DNA of 64,000 nt, taken from positions 1-64,000 of the forward strand of contig JAKMXF010000351.1 of the NCBI GenBank assembly GCA_024704765.1, read 5' to 3'. The translations under genes and the position numbers were made by a program. Positions 26,334 to 41,163 of the stretch are shown here, piece by piece. The notes below the pieces were generated by a model, which was given only the letters and a program-made list of their open reading frames with translations, ran no database searches and had not been told where the DNA came from. The stretch is from Oopsacas minuta (lineage: Eukaryota > Animalia > Porifera). How positions within the stretch are numbered: position 1 is the first letter of the stretch; the number at the start of each line of letters is the position of its first letter.

Positions 26334-27332
26334 AACGGGATTAACTATGGTGCCAAAGGAGCCTTGGCACCCAGCCTCAACTTTAAACCGGCCTCGCAGT
26401 CTCAGCATATATGGATTAAATTTCCCTGTTTGTTAATAGGTTAGTACATCTTTATCCAAATGATATCGAAGACAGTCTCACAGACGAGCTGATCCAATTC
26501 AGTTCTTACCTAAAGTCAGAAATGGATAAAGCAGTAATCCTTGAATGTAGTATAGAACTATTTATGTATCGAATGCTATCGCAGCATGGTATTTGAGTAG
26601 CATTCCCAAACCTAAATATAACATTGTGCATATACAGTAGAACCTCCGAGATCCGGGCAGGACCGGAGGGTATCCGAATCTTAGAAATTGCCCGAATCTC
26701 GGAAATATCATTAACTCTATGGTAGTTACAACCCATAATGTACATATGAGTTCCCTTAGGTTTTCGAATTCTGTCATTAAGTTCACATACTGTGTACAAA
26801 CGTAATCCAATATGAAATGTAGTAACTGAAGTCAACGTTAGTATGAGGAGAATTATATGAAATGGTAAAATTCCTTTGGACCGATTTAAAACAAGGGTGC
26901 CTGGTTGAGGGAGGTACCCGTATCTTGGAGGTCCGGATCTCGGAGGTTCGACTGTACTTATGCCTTATGATTAGCAATTCTACCGGTGAGGGATTGTTCT
27001 CCAAAGTTAAGCGGATAAAAAGCGAATTGCGCTCAACAATGTCTGAGAGTCGCTTAAATATGCTTTCCTTGATGTCAATAGAACACGATTTGCTACGAAA
27101 ATTGACTTTAGAGAAACTATTGAAAGTTTAGTGATCGCAAATGTCGTAAAGATAAGGTTTTGTCGTTTATTTTATTCATATAGTAATTAATTAGTTGTGC
27201 TTTCTTTATTACTGGTAATTTTTCTGAATTATATTTGATTATGATGACTGTTTTTTAATGGATAGAGGCCAAAAATAACAGCCTCACAATCCTGATGGGC
27301 GTCCGGCCTCACAGGCCCTTAATCCGGCCCTC
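26334..27332 (+). mobile_element. Non-autonomous hAT derivative retaining the C-terminal dimerisation region
   Basis: FPNLNITLCIY-LCLMISNSTGEGLFSKVKRIKSELRSTMSESRL when the MITE is removed; right TIR TTAATCCGGCCCTC; left end degraded. Confidence 0.75.
26635..26954. mobile_element. pogo/Tigger-type MITE, 320 bp
   Basis: TIR CAGTAGAACCTCCGAGATCCGG (21/22), TA TSD. Confidence 0.92.
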
Positions 27333-27449
27333 CTATGGAATGTGTATCTTTGCCACATGAGTCATCACTACGTCGTTTATATTCTATTTGATTTTGGACA
27401 CAGAATTTCTAACATCCTTAAAAGCTGAGGCGGGTGCTATTAATCAATT

Positions 27450-27977
27450 AGAACTCTGTCTAAATATGGATGAGATACACATCAAATCGGGCATTTTATA
27501 AAAGGTTAGCTGAGTATAGTGACAGTATAAGTTTATAGAACTTGTATAGGAAAAAATATTGCAGTACATCATTTACAATTTAGGCTAAAGATCTATGGTG
27601 CAGAAAGTTCACAGCCTTTGAGTGTGATAGAACCTTCCAAACAATTCTATATTTTGTGGTATCTGGCTTGTCTAAGAAATGATCTCCGGTTGTACGATTA
27701 CTCCCGTTAGTCAACCCAAATCTTCTGATATATTCCCAATTACTCTGTAAGTTATTAAAGATAGGAACAGCTTGGCCTCTATGTTGATGTAATCGTATCA
27801 GACAACTATCCCCTGATGTTATCCATTCAAGTTGCTTGGAAATGGTAAAGAAATTTTGTCTTGTCTAGTGTACCCAAACAACGTTATCTCTACTTGATGT
27901 TCGATTTTGTGCACATCTTAAGACGATTCGATATAACTGGCTAAATCAAAAAGAAATTAACTGCACTTATGTTTACC
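27450..27977 (+). pseudogene. Second P-element/THAP9-like transposase fragment
   Basis: LNMDEIHIKS, VIVSDNYP, MFDFVHI..TIRYNWLNQK; heavily disrupted. Confidence 0.75.
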
Positions 27978-28609
27978 AATCTCTGAAGATATCTCACAAC
28001 TTAACTACAAATGAGATGGTAGTAGGCAACTTTTCATCGTAGTAGATTAAAGTGGCGTTCAAACTGGTTTAAAAGTAGGTATACCTCTTTGAAATATTCG
28101 CCAGAAAAGAACAGAACCCAAACGACCATGTTTAGTCACTTTTTTGCATCTCGCTCTCGGTCAATGCTAGTTGAACTTGCTCTCTAAAAACTTGAGAGCG
28201 AAGAGAACGATGATGTGATATATGGCTGTTCACAATGTATTGGAACCGGAAGAGAGATATTACATACCATATGATGATAGCAAGCAATCCACATCTCGAG
28301 TCCACGCCCCTGCCCCTGGATTACTGGGAATGCTGCCAATAACGCAACTGCACGGTCACCAAATCTTCAATATTTAGTAATATTCCCCTGGTCATTACAG
28401 ATTTGCTATACAAAATTTTTACATTTCAGTCTATTATACAATTTTGGAATTTCCCCTTTCTTACATTCCATGTTCTTATAGAATTGCTATTTAACATCTT
28501 TCATTCACTGTTCTCCCATCTTTACTTTTGTCCATCTCTCGCTATTCACATTTGATTTACTCCTTCCTAGAATATATAACGTTTGTTAAACCGGAAAGAG
28601 CTAGAGCTG

Positions 28610-29122
28610 TTGATTGTGGATGCAATTACTTAATCTATTGAAAACCTTGGTTTATCTTTAAGTGGCATACGTTGGCAGGGATATGATGGTGCATCAACAA
28701 TGAGTGGATAGAAAACAGGATTCAAGCAAGAATTCGCGAAATACAACCAAAAGCACTCTACATTCATTGTGTTGTCATTCAATAAACCTTGCGATAATAT
28801 ATCCTTACTCTGTTCCTACTATCAGATACTGTATTGATATCATTAATGGGATAACTAGTTGGGTAAAAAAACTCACCTAAACGAGAAGGACTACCCAAAG
28901 CTACTGTTCCACGGGGTAAACATAAATCAATTGCTACACTACAACTATTTAGTGCCCGTATGAGAAGTTTTTATCTGCTCTCAGACTACTAAACACTTAC
29001 TTGTGATCTACACAGACAGAAGAACGGCTCAGTTCCGATGCTTTGATTACAATGAATTGTGAAACTCAGCTAATTGTAGATGCAATTTAGAAGCTTTACA
29101 TTTCCATCTGGCGACGCCCATG
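28610..29122 (+). mobile_element. hAT (ZMYM1/THAP12-like clade) fragment with right TIR
   Basis: Frameshifted LGLSLSGIRWQGYDGASTMSG..QARIREIQPKALYIHC; TIR CTGGCGACGCCCATG 29108-29122. Confidence 0.7.
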
Positions 29123-29170
29123 ACTGTATACCCGTAAAATCACAGATAGGTTCCTTCGTTTTAAATTCAA

Positions 29171-30821
29171 TCATGATCTATCTTCGGGTAATAATGATGA
29201 AGTCGCCCACTTATTGAAATCCCTTTCATCAAGGATACATGATCGTGCAATATTCCCTGTAGGATTGGCACCTCCATTGAACGAAGAAAGATCTAAGTAT
29301 AAAAACCAGTTTTCTCCAATAAGAGATTTAGCATTTGAGACATTGAAGTTTAGACCGAAGGAGAAGTAGGTTTCCATTTTTAAGGCCAGCATTTAGGTGT
29401 TAATCAAAAACATAAACCTCTTAAAATAGCACAAATAGCTATGCAGTGGTGGAGCAGATATCATATCGACGTCTGAAACTGGTGGATGAGTTAATCCATG
29501 CATATTTGAAATGGAAGCTTTAAGAATTCTTCGATAGTAGTGTCATCATGAAATATATCAATTGCATCTCTGATGTGTCTGTTGATGGGAAAACAATTCT
29601 CGATTAACCCCACATCTCTAAGCTACTCGTGGTTGGCTGTAAACAACTGACAAGACGCACCTCCCGCTCCACTTAAGATGCCTGACATTTTTCAATCAAA
29701 CATTGTTCTCTTGATTGAATGATTGATTATTCCTTGACTAACCTCTAATCCATTCTTTGCAAGAAATTTGTTTCATCTTTGATCAGTTTCTGAAATAAGT
29801 ACTTGACATTCTCAATAATCTCCTTATGAGAAATTAAAGCAGCTGGAGGAGAAAAAAAGGGAAATTGTGGGATAAATTAGTCCAAATTTCTGTTCTGATT
29901 TATCTATAAGTGAGAGAACTGTAACGCGATCACAATATGTGATTTAGTGGAAAAATTAGGATTAGAGTGTATCTGATCATATGGCCTATGGCTTCCAGAA
30001 CCATCGAGTCCATAGGCTAGCTTGATGGTAATTGGGAATTTTAGACTCTTGCAAGGGAGGAAGAAATTGTAGTAGTCATTCAGCGGTTTTGTACTAACTT
30101 TCAATATGGTATGCCTGAGCCGGTTGATTCTCTCAGTTCATAATGAGTTAACTTGATCTCGTTGGCTGAAGGAATTTTACTGCAGAATGCTGCCACCCTC
30201 TTGTAACCTAGAAATGTTAGTTCTTCAGGCTTGCAAATGCGACGTAGATCTGTATATTTTCCAAATTCAAGGAAATGCAACATAAATGCTGTTTTTTGCT
30301 ATAGGAAACTCCTTAGATTTGGTACTAGTTGTTCCAGATAAACTCCGCCATAAAATTTTACTGCATCCATGTATAAGCTTCGTCACTAATCAACTGTAGT
30401 GTAAGAACTGCAATTGTTTAAGGTTTGTATTTCATTCTCAGCTAGTATGAGCTCAAATAGTACAGACAGGCGTGATCTTAATAACTAAGGAATAGGCTCG
30501 AATATAGACTTCTTGCTGTGATTATCAACAGATTCGTCGAATCTTACATAATCAAATTCATCAAAGTTCAGTGTTATTGAATGGCTAGCTACTTTGTCCT
30601 GAGAAAAATATTACCTTCCAAGCAAATAGATTATTTCACTTGATAAAGGGCCAGCACAGAGCAGCGAGCTCAAGGAATTTCCTATGCAGGGCCATGAAGT
30701 CAGGTTCTGGGAAATCAAATAATTCAAGGGTTTCACGGGCTGCATTTTGAGAATTATAGTAGACTTTTTCGAGGAAATTTCTTGCTTCAATCAAATTGAA
30801 TTCTATAGAACAAAGTATCAA
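29171..30821 (-). pseudogene. Second, divergent RAG1-like/Transib transposase relic, 3'-truncated
   Basis: AYGLDGSGSH, TMFD*K..GAGGASCQL, GLTHPP..APPLHSYL, GGANPTGNIAR; many stops and frameshifts. Confidence 0.85.
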
Positions 30822-32350
30822 TTATCTCTTCAATATAGAAAATATGTCCTAGCTAGGCGTATCTAGTTGCACAAGTGGTTACTGGAGTGGTAATTCTATA
30901 ACTATCGAATTTGAAATTAACACCTAACTAGCGCGCTTCGCTTGTTAGGTTGCTGTGGAAGAGCTTAGGGCCTCCTGTTAGCCTAAATATTCAACAAATA
31001 CATTTCTTGATGCTTTGGTCTGCACGCGACGGGGATATACTCGGCCCTAAGTGCCTCGAGAATAATTTTATAATTTGTATATTGTCCGGGCCCATCCATA
31101 TTCAATTTAATTGTCTTCCGTGGAATAATGGAATTGCTACGTGGCTTTGGTTAGAAATCTTGGCCTCTATACATCAGATATGCAAAATTTGAGATTTTGA
31201 AATTTGGAGAATTTTGATTCTTTTTGAACAGCCACGATGACGTAATAATCAAATGATGAGTTAGTCGGAATCATGACATGAGAACATTTGTGAAATCGAG
31301 GGGTGGCTGTGATTCAAATTTCAAACTTCTATCATGTATATTGGCTGAGATTGCGGTAAATTATACATTAAATTTTGGTTATATTATCTCCTAGAACTTT
31401 TAAAATACTAAAGTGTCTACATGTCACATATCCACAATTCTTACCTATCCAACTTGTTACAAAAATTCAAGCGAGGGGACAATTTGGTGGAATTTGGAGA
31501 CACCAAAATTCGAACCAATGCAAAACAATTTGGGTCACCTCTGGTCATTTCCAAACTGAAGAAAATGAATATGTAATAGAAATATTTACAGTCTAACACA
31601 GTTTAACATTAAGTCATGATATGAGATCAGAGTAGAGTCAACAAATTTCGTAAATTCACAAAACAAAATTCTGACAATTCAGTATTCCACATTAATTCCT
31701 TGATTAATCCAAAGTAATTGAAAAACATTCATTTAATTCTATTTGTTGCAAATGTTTAATCAAATTTAAGATGCATGTGCAGGTTTTCAAACTATAAATC
31801 TTCAAATATATTTGGATAAATGAAGTAATAACCAAAATCGAATTATAGCAATTATGTTGCTATAGTCAAAAGATGAAATATATGAAACAAATAAGTATAT
31901 TTATATAAATCTATATTCTAAGGTTTACGATAGAGCTGAATATGAATATGATATTCCTTTTCGGATATAACTACATCGAAAATTGGTCCTAAATCCCCGA
32001 TTGCCCACTATATATGCATATCTAGTAGTAAAAACGCTTTTAAATTGGCTAGAAAAAGGCTTGAAGTTTAATTGCAAAATATTTCACTTGCTACTTGCTA
32101 CATACTACTTGTATTTAATTGAAAGAATAAATGTACGATTAAATTTCCTGAGCGTCAGGCAAAAAGAATAGTAGCAAGCAAATTCCCTGGACGCCTTTAG
32201 AAACTGAAATAAGCAACTGGCAAACAAATAATATGAATAATTAGAATATAAGGTCACATACTCATAATTTTGAGTCGCATGACCCCCCCCAACCTCGATC
32301 CGAATGTGTGCCAAAAATGGAAGTAAATGTAAAAAGGTAGTGAGTAAATA

Positions 32351-34723
32351 CAGACATTCACCGACATACGAACAAAATATTTATTATCATATTTACTTAC
32401 TGTGTACAGAAAACTACAAACTTGTTGTCACTACTAAACCCGCACAGGGCTGTATCACATAGAAAATAAAGAATTAAGAACAGCTACAACAATGCAGCTT
32501 CATTATGATTAAACAATTGGCATTCACCTTACAATGCAGCAATGCATTTTTACAAAAAATTCGTTTTGCGTGTTTAGAAATTATTATATAGAGGTAGGCC
32601 TATTGTATTTTTGTAATTATTGTATATTTTAGAAGAAAATATACGGCATTGATCTTTATCAAATATTTGAGGCATCGTTTACTCAGAATGGATAATAAGA
32701 AGCGTAAGGCGAGTGATGCTAGTGGTAATGCTAAAAAACATCAGGCTATCTCGATGGAAACAAAAGTGGCAATAATAAAAAGCTAGATAGTGGTGAAAAA
32801 ATGGTGAAATAGCCCGCGCTTACAATGTGAATCGTTGCACCATCGGTACGATATACAAATTCAAAGATCGTGTTATGGAACACGTGAAAAGTGCAGTGCC
32901 TATGCAGTCTATTAATATTAGCAAGAAGAGGGGTAAACTATTAGAAGAAATGGAAAAGCTTCACGGTCTTTGGATGGAGCACCAGTGGTAGCAACATGTA
33001 AGACTTAGCCTCATACTGATTCAGGAGAAGGCTAAGTCAATTTTTGAAGATTTGAAGGCTAAAGCTGGTGAAAGTGCAGAAGAGGAGACTTTTGCTGCAG
33101 GTTATGAATGGTTCCAACGCTTCAAGAAACGAGCAAACTTGCATCATGTTTCTGTATCGGGTGAACCAAAAGTGCCAACAAAGTGGCTGCCGACAAATTT
33201 CCAGTCATCTTGAAAGATATCGTCAATGCCGGTGGTTATGCTCCTCAGCAAATTTCAATGTAGACGAGACTGGCCTTTTCTGGAAAAAATTCCTCAGAAA
33301 ACGTATATTAGCCGTGAAGAGAAGACGATGCCAGGCTTTAAGGCTGTGAAGGATAGGTTAACTTTGATGTTGGGCGGCAATGCATCAGGAGACTTCAAGC
33401 TTAAACCAGGATTAGTCTACAGAGCTGGGAATCCACGGGCATTCAAGAATATTACGAAAAGTTCACTCCTGTAATTTGGAAGTCTAATAAAAAGGCCTGG
33501 GTGACACTCGTTGTATTCGAGGACTGGTTTCTCAACCACTTCATTCCCGAGGTCAAGCTGTATTGCTGGAAAATGGAAATCCCTTTTAAGATCCTCCTGC
33601 TCTTAGATAACGCACCTGGTTATCTCCCACTCTTGGACGATTTTTGCCCTGATGTGAAAGTTGTTTACCTTCCCTCTAACACAACTTCACTCCTTCAACC
33701 AATGGATCAAGGTGTTATTGCAAATTTTTAAGAAATATTACACACGTCGTATCTTCAGGCAAGCATTGAAGGCAGTGGAAGATGATCATAATACGACCTT
33801 AAGTGACTTTGGCAAGACATTTAACATCTCATGTGTCAAGCACATTGATGTTGCATGGCATGAAGTTTCACAGACCAACATGAGCGGTGTTTGGAAGTTT
33901 TTGTGCCCACAGTTTGTCAACAATTTTCAAGAATTTCAACAAGAGGACAAGAAAATCCTTGAAAATCTTGTTGGAATATTTAAAAAGCTTGACATTAACC
34001 TGGACGAAGAGGGCTTCGAAAAGCTGTTCGAGCCACATTCACAGGAATTGACAAATGAGGAACCAATGGAATTGGAAACCATGCAAAGACAATCTGAGCA
34101 AGAAGACGACGAAGAGATTCTTCCTATAAAGAAATTTGAAACAAAGATGATGGCCAAGGGGTTTAGTCTTATCGAGAAAGCTCTAGCTATTTTCCAGAAT
34201 CAGGATCCAAATGATGAGAGATTTTCAAAAGTAGCAACAAGTGTCCGCGATTCCTTCGAATGTTATCGCATCATCTGGAATGAAAAGAAAAGAAAGACAG
34301 CGCAAACTTCCTTAGACCAATTCTTCAAGAAGCGTGATGATCCTCGTGAAAATTTCAAATCGGTGGTGGAAAATCTCCTTGAAAATGTAGAGGCAATGCC
34401 TTCAAGCATATGTGTTTCATCTCCACTGCCCTCTTCATTATATGATCCCTCCGATGTTGATGGACAGTTGTAACACTTTAATGTAGCCTACTGTAGTGTA
34501 TCCTGTATGTAAATATGTTCTGTTTTAAAATATTTATTTTTGTGTCTTTCAAATAAGATATCAAATATCAACTTGCATATCTGTTGTGTATAATGATGTA
34601 GAGGATGGTTTAGTAGGGATATATTGTGCTCAGGAACACAACAATACTGTATCAACTTACGAACAATTCGAGTTACGAACGTCCATACGGAACGTAACTC
34701 GTTCGTAAGTTGAGGAGTGTCTG
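32351..34723 (+). mobile_element. Tigger/pogo element, 2373 bp, transposase 32688-34473 with frameshifts
   Basis: TIRs CAGACATTCACCGACATACGAAC vs CAGACACTCCTCAACTTACGAAC (18/23); HTH-CENPB region WFQRFKKR, NVDETGLFWK, LLLDNAPG, QPMDQGVI. Confidence 0.92.
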
Positions 34724-34849
34724 TGTAAAGCTAAAAAGAATGGAATAAAAATACAGCAGCAAGTAAACCATTTGCAAAAAAATCAGTTTATTGCCTAGAA
34801 TAGAACCCATATAATTAATAAACGGTTTAAGTCAGGTCTTAAGCCCACA

Positions 34850-35350
34850 TAAAAGATGGCTTAAGTCTGAAATGGAAAAATGGCAAACGGACTTGGCCAC
34901 ATGCTTGAATTACACACAAAATATAGCGAAGAAACTGTGTACAATATAATGAAAACTAATTTTTTCTGACAAATGAAAATAAAAGTATTCAATCATATAC
35001 GGATTCAAGAATCCACTATAAAATCTCATATTTATAAGTCGAAGAAACCGGAGAAATTAGCGCTTCAGTATACCCTCGCTAACGCGAACACTACTGTATC
35101 GATTGAAAATAATACGTTTGGATTAGTAAAATGGTTCGGATTAGCGTAATGCATTCAAACAATTCTATAGAATTTGGGAGGACTTTTTCAAAAGTTGTAC
35201 AAAGGATGGAATGGAGAGCAACATGCGTGTTATAGTATTAGTTATTGATCTTAGTAGAATTGGATATAAATCGGATAGGTTTTCCATTTGAAACAAGTTT
35301 ACAAAGATTGTATCAGCTCTAGGCCAGTTCGATTATGGAGGGTCTACTGA
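34850..35350 (+). pseudogene. Highly decayed pogo-like relic
   Basis: YSEETVYN-like remnant only; weak. Confidence 0.3.
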
Positions 35351-36661
35351 ATTTTTGTCATAAATTTCCACTAAATCCGCTTGGATTCGATTTTAAGTTT
35401 AGTGAATTCATACATTAAATTACTTTGAACAGAAATAATGAAGAATTTTCATCAGTAGTGGAGGATTTCGAAAAGAAACTCTGTGGTAATGGCATTCACC
35501 AAATCCATGACAATGGGACATCAATACCTAAATAATAATTGAAAACGATGATGAACAAGTAGGGGATAGCTTGGGATGATCTAAGATATAAACAACTCAC
35601 AAATTACAATTAAAAACGATGACCAACAAATAGGTCCCAGTTTTTAGATAATCGATAGAAAATCACATAAAAATACCAAGAATTTGTGCAATAAGTATGG
35701 TCTAGAGTATTCCTTCCTGATCAATGATTAAAAGTTTTCATTTCTGACATAACTTCCACGTATAATGATTTAAATTATAATTCCGCTTAATTTTCAGGTA
35801 TAAATTTCGTATAATTTCTGATCAAAGTTTGCATATTCAGGGTCATTTATAAGGATTTGAATTGAGTGTATTTAGAAAGATAGAGTGTAAAGTGATGTTA
35901 TCCGTAATAAAAGATATTAGATCTGTATCTATGAGAACCTAAATAATGGACAATTGTATCCACATGTACCGAATGTAGCATTTTTCAGGCTTTCCACTGA
36001 TAAATGACTTCGAGCTAAGAAGGGAATTGCGAGATCTAGATCACTTTAGTTCTGACATAGACAAAGTGGTAACGTTAATTGAATGTCAAAATCCAATGAT
36101 TGTGTTATCAAGTAGGTATAATCGCACGATCAAGTAAAAAATATAGCGATATACATTAGATAATGGAAATAGCGATAATATCAGTAAAGGAAAGAAAAAA
36201 AAACACCTAGATAGTTGATAAAAATTAATGATTTTAAATCGTATCTAGCGAATAATAAGAAAATAAGAAAGATTCCATACAGGAAACTATTTACCCAACT
36301 TTGATACAATAGATTTACCGTAATTCACCGAACAGGAGCCGAGCTTGAAGAAGCGTCGGGTATTATTATGCAATACTTCACGGAAATATAATATCAGTGT
36401 ATTGTATATAATAATATTTGAAACTGTGTAACAGCGGAACATAGTGAATTTGAAAACGGTTAATGCCAATGTAAGGATAAAACGAACAAAATTTACACAT
36501 AATCGAGACCTTATAGTAGTTATTCAACTGGTATTACTCTAGTTAATATGAACGCGGGATAAGGCGAGCAAAATTCAACAATACTTTTTTGTGCATATTA
36601 ACGATGTTCCACTGTATGTATATAGATTAGAGAAATTTTTACCAAAATAAGTGCCCTAGCA

Positions 36662-38340
36662 CAGTGGTTCTCAACCTTTCCAAAATTGCGGACCCCTGTT
36701 GATATCAGGATTTTCTGGTGGCCCATTTGACAATAATCATAATTACATTTTCAATGATGATTGTTATTAATACTATAGAGATAGAATCGTCAAAATATCT
36801 GAAGTAGTAACTGTGGGTAAAATAATTAATAAGGTGGTTCTATATTCTGAACTTAATGGCTTCCCAGTCCTTGTGTATCATGAGCAAGGAGTTCAATATT
36901 TGGCTTAATAAGTTTTATCGCAATCCTGAGGTCATCATGGATATCCAGTATGTTATAGGTTTGGTTATCGTCACGACATTACTGAACGCACTCTCAGCTT
37001 GGTAAGTTGTTGTGAAAGGTAAAATGCATTCTTTCAAATCGATAGAAGATAATGTCTTCGCTATGATGTTCTTTTCAACCCAGAAGCAAGTGAATCTCCT
37101 CTTCTGTTCCGTTTGATAACTGTGAAACGTCTTCTGGTCTCGCTAGATAAGGGTCAATTACCCATGTTAATGAGCCTGCGTATTTAAACTCATCAAACCG
37201 TAGCGAAATTTCACCTTCTAAATTATGCATATGAACAAACATAGTTTCAATGTAATCTGTTGGTACCAAATCTGCCACAATTTCACTAAATAGAGGAAAC
37301 ATAGAGAAACCATTTTTCTTGACCTTACTAATCCAGCATACCAAACAAGCCCTTAGTGCATTCACTGAGTTAACTGTTTCAATTATTGTGATATTTTGTC
37401 CTTGAAGTCTCAGATTATAGGTGTTATATTTGTCAAAAAATATCTGCTTAGATAAGCAAGATATATCAAAAAATTACAATCACCGCTTTCAAAATACAGC
37501 AAATAAGTATCAGCATCATGGTCTTTAAGAAATTCTCTCACAGTATTTTGTAGTTCAAATAACCTCCCTAATACACTACCTCGCGATAACCAACGTACTT
37601 CTGTGTTCTCCATCGATACACAATTCGCTAAATATCCTAATGTTCAGTGACCTTGACTTAATGTAGGTAACATGTTTTAAGCAGGTTGACAGTAAATCAT
37701 TTACAATAGTGGAACATCTCTTCGCTACAAGCGCTAGTCGATGCAAAATGCAATGTATAAATTTGCAATTTGGGGTAATTGGATCATCCTAGCTACGAAT
37801 CCGTTCATAAAGGATTAACAATCATGGAAGCAGCACCATCTGAACAGCAACCTACGAGTTTTTGAAATCAAACTCCTGAAGCTGAATGAAATAAATCCAA
37901 AATTTGCCCAAATATATTTTCAACTCTCGTTGTTGTGGATAAATTAACAGAATACCATGGATCCATCTTAAACTGTTGTCATTCGTGTTTAGGTATCGAT
38001 CAAACACTAGTAGCAGGGCCTCAGTTGAAACTGTAGTACTTTCAACCAGTTGGATATCAAAATACGGACTTCTTGGATGAGTTGAATCTCACAGTCCATA
38101 CCCATTACATCGATTCTTCTCTTAACTGTATCTTTTGAAAGATGAATGAATTTGACCTTTTGTGCAGCGCTTTGACTGAATATTGTATCATTGATATCGA
38201 TGCAACATGGCTTTATTAATTCTTCTGCTATAGTAGGAGGTTTCTTGGCCTTCTCAATGACAAGGCATTTATTTAAACGAGTGTTATCTCAGCAGCCGAT
38301 TCAAATCCTCACTAAAACACCTTTTTCTCAAAAAGTATGG
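36662..38340 (-). mobile_element. hAT Buster-type relic with one TIR
   Basis: cccTAgca + CAGTGGTTCTCAACCTTT at 36662; TEVRWLSRGSVLGRLFEL (37410-37613); KAKKPPTIAEELIKP near 38240. Confidence 0.85.
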
Positions 38341-40721
38341 GTCCTATTTTGAAAAGAACCATACAGTGTAAAGAAGAAAGTTGGTACATTTCATATCATC
38401 ACTCATAATCGCCAAATTTTACATGATGAGTAAGCAATTTTGCATTAAATTTTGGTCGAGGTTTTTTATTAATATCTCATAAAATAATTATGATAACAAC
38501 TTATGATTTTAATCAGATTTACATCTCACTTGGTACATTGTGTATATCCAATTTGAAATTAAAATTATTATTTTTGAAAAAGTTATGAACGCCCGAACTT
38601 TACATAGGAATTACATAGACGACCAGTTTGTACTATAAATAATGAAGTATGTATGACATTACAGTGTACGTAAATTATGATAAGGATTTATTGTCATTTT
38701 CAATTCTATAGTTCCAATTCTATTGTGGTTTCTAGATATGAATCAGAAGATATTTGAAATATAATAAATAACACAACAACAATGTAATGACAGTCATCAT
38801 ACATTATACAAAACATTACTTTTTGAATAGAAAAGAGTAAGCAAATCGAAAAGTATTACAAGATACTAATTAACCAGATATTACAGTTTGTCTATCTATC
38901 TTTTCTGTATTGAACTGATTGATGAACTAATGAGAAATAATGATCGAATTTCCCTGAAACAGGTGGTACTATTTATGCAAAATCTTTACAGTTATATAAG
39001 GAAGAGTAACAAATGTCTTGAACAGATAAGAGTTGAAAAGACGATCAACACTTCGATTTGTAACTATAAATGCCAGAATGGTAAGAAAATCGAGAGTTAA
39101 CTCCAGGAGATGAGTCTCCAAATGAATGCTCCAAAAAATAGATAGTAACTTCTTTCTGATTCAAATTTGTACGAATTGTAAAATAAACATTTGTAAGAGA
39201 GATTTGGAGATATAATTCCTAGATTGATTAAGATAATAGTAAGGATAAGAATCCTGATTTCATGTTAATTGTTTACTTTAATATTTATATATCTCCCGAA
39301 CTTTGCATATTGGTGTTGTGTTAGTTTCCAAATCTTGCGTACTATAATCCAGCTTTTAAACGTATCTTGATTAGAGAAAAGGTCATATAATTGTTACATA
39401 TAATCCAACTGTCGATACATATACGTATATACTTGCATTTGTGATCTTTGTTACTATCAATTTACATATTTAGATGAGATATCAAAAATATTCAAGATTC
39501 ATTTATACAATTTTTTATGGTTTCACTAATAATCTTGTTAGTAAATATGTAATTTTCGCTGCCATAAATTAGAACCAATGACTAGGTTGCTTTTAATAAT
39601 AAAGTAGAGATAGTACGAGGTGGTAATGATTACCTAAATTCTGAATATATATACCATTTAACTCCGAAGTTGATTCGAATGCACAAGAGGGTATTCTACT
39701 TCCCAAAGGGCTTGTAAATGTGACATTTTACCATACCATGATAGATGGTAAGATGTCAGGGATTTAAGTGGAACAGGTGGCGCCCATTGAAAATTATACA
39801 CTGCCAATAAATCTGAATTAAAATACTTAGAAATTGTAAGGTCAGGATTTCCAATCAACAGGAGCTTTACTACTACTGAAGAAATCTTTTCTATAGATGA
39901 TGAAGAAGAATATCTCTTGCTCCCTTCTATACAACGCCATGGCTTGACTCATCTACCTCTATCAAGCATGAAGCATCCAGAATTTGTCAAACTAATAAGC
40001 ATGCTGCGTGCAGGTTACCCGCCACCAAGCCGCTATGATGTTTGTGGAAGTTGTTGGATAAGGTACAAGGTTCATTAATGGAAACCTGCAGTCATACACT
40101 CAAACATAAAACAATTTCTTTGTCTTTGGACTGGTGGAGCAATATTCACAACGAACCGGTTGTGTGCGACAGTGTCACAACTGATAAAGGAGATTAATTT
40201 CTGACAGATACTATTCACACATCTGGATATGCTCACAAGTCAGATACCTTACTCAGCTAGCAGAAAATCCATTAAGCCTTGTCAAGAAAAATTCAAATGT
40301 CGTGTCAGGAGCCTAGTTACAGACGAGGGTGAAGTGAGCAGACTATTTTGTATTCTATAATTCAATTCCCTTAAAAAAACAAGGGGTTGCTATCACTTTC
40401 TTTGAGACTTTTGTATTTTAAATATTCTGTTTAAATTATTTTCCACTTCTTTAATTAATAATTGTATTGCATATTTGTACTATGACCCGACTATCACACA
40501 TCCACGTAATCGGAAGTCAGATTATCATATTTATTATAGTTCCCATTCTAACTGTCTTTCATCAACAATTCGATTGTTTAGTGCTAAGATATGTTGAAAA
40601 TCGGAGGGAGACAGTTATGTACAAAACTAGTGCGACGTTGGCATACGAATAATTTTGTACATACCTTTTTGTAAGTGCCTGGAGGAGTGGGTAGGGGGCT
40701 CACTGGCTTAGTATCGCTGTA

Positions 40722-41163
40722 CAGTGGAACCTCTATATATGGGGGAGCATGGGACGGGGAAAATCTGAGCTGCTCCCCATTCCCTAGTTATAATTTGTAT
40801 TATGAAGTGCATTTTTATCAAATTGCCTCGTCTATTAACGGTGTTAATGTAAGTATTACACTTTTGGGATGAGTGTAGGTATTAAGAATCAACAATTGGG
40901 TATGAAACAGAGAAAAGTATGTATAAAATTTTCACCATCCTAAGCACCCTTAGATTTTTCAGTCAATTTGTGTAGTAATACAAATATGGATAAAAATAGA
41001 GGGAAAATGATCTCTACACCCCCAATTATAGAGGTCATTTTGTATGAGAATAATAACTTCTGGAAACTCTAGGCCATTCCCCACTTCCCCGTTTATAGAG
41101 GGTAATTTCTATGGAAATGAACCCAAGATGGTCTAAAATTCCCCACTTATAGAGGTTCTACTC
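40722..41163. mobile_element. pogo/Tigger-type MITE, 442 bp
   Basis: CAGTGGAACCTCTATA / TATAGAGGTTCTACTC, TA both sides. Confidence 0.8.
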
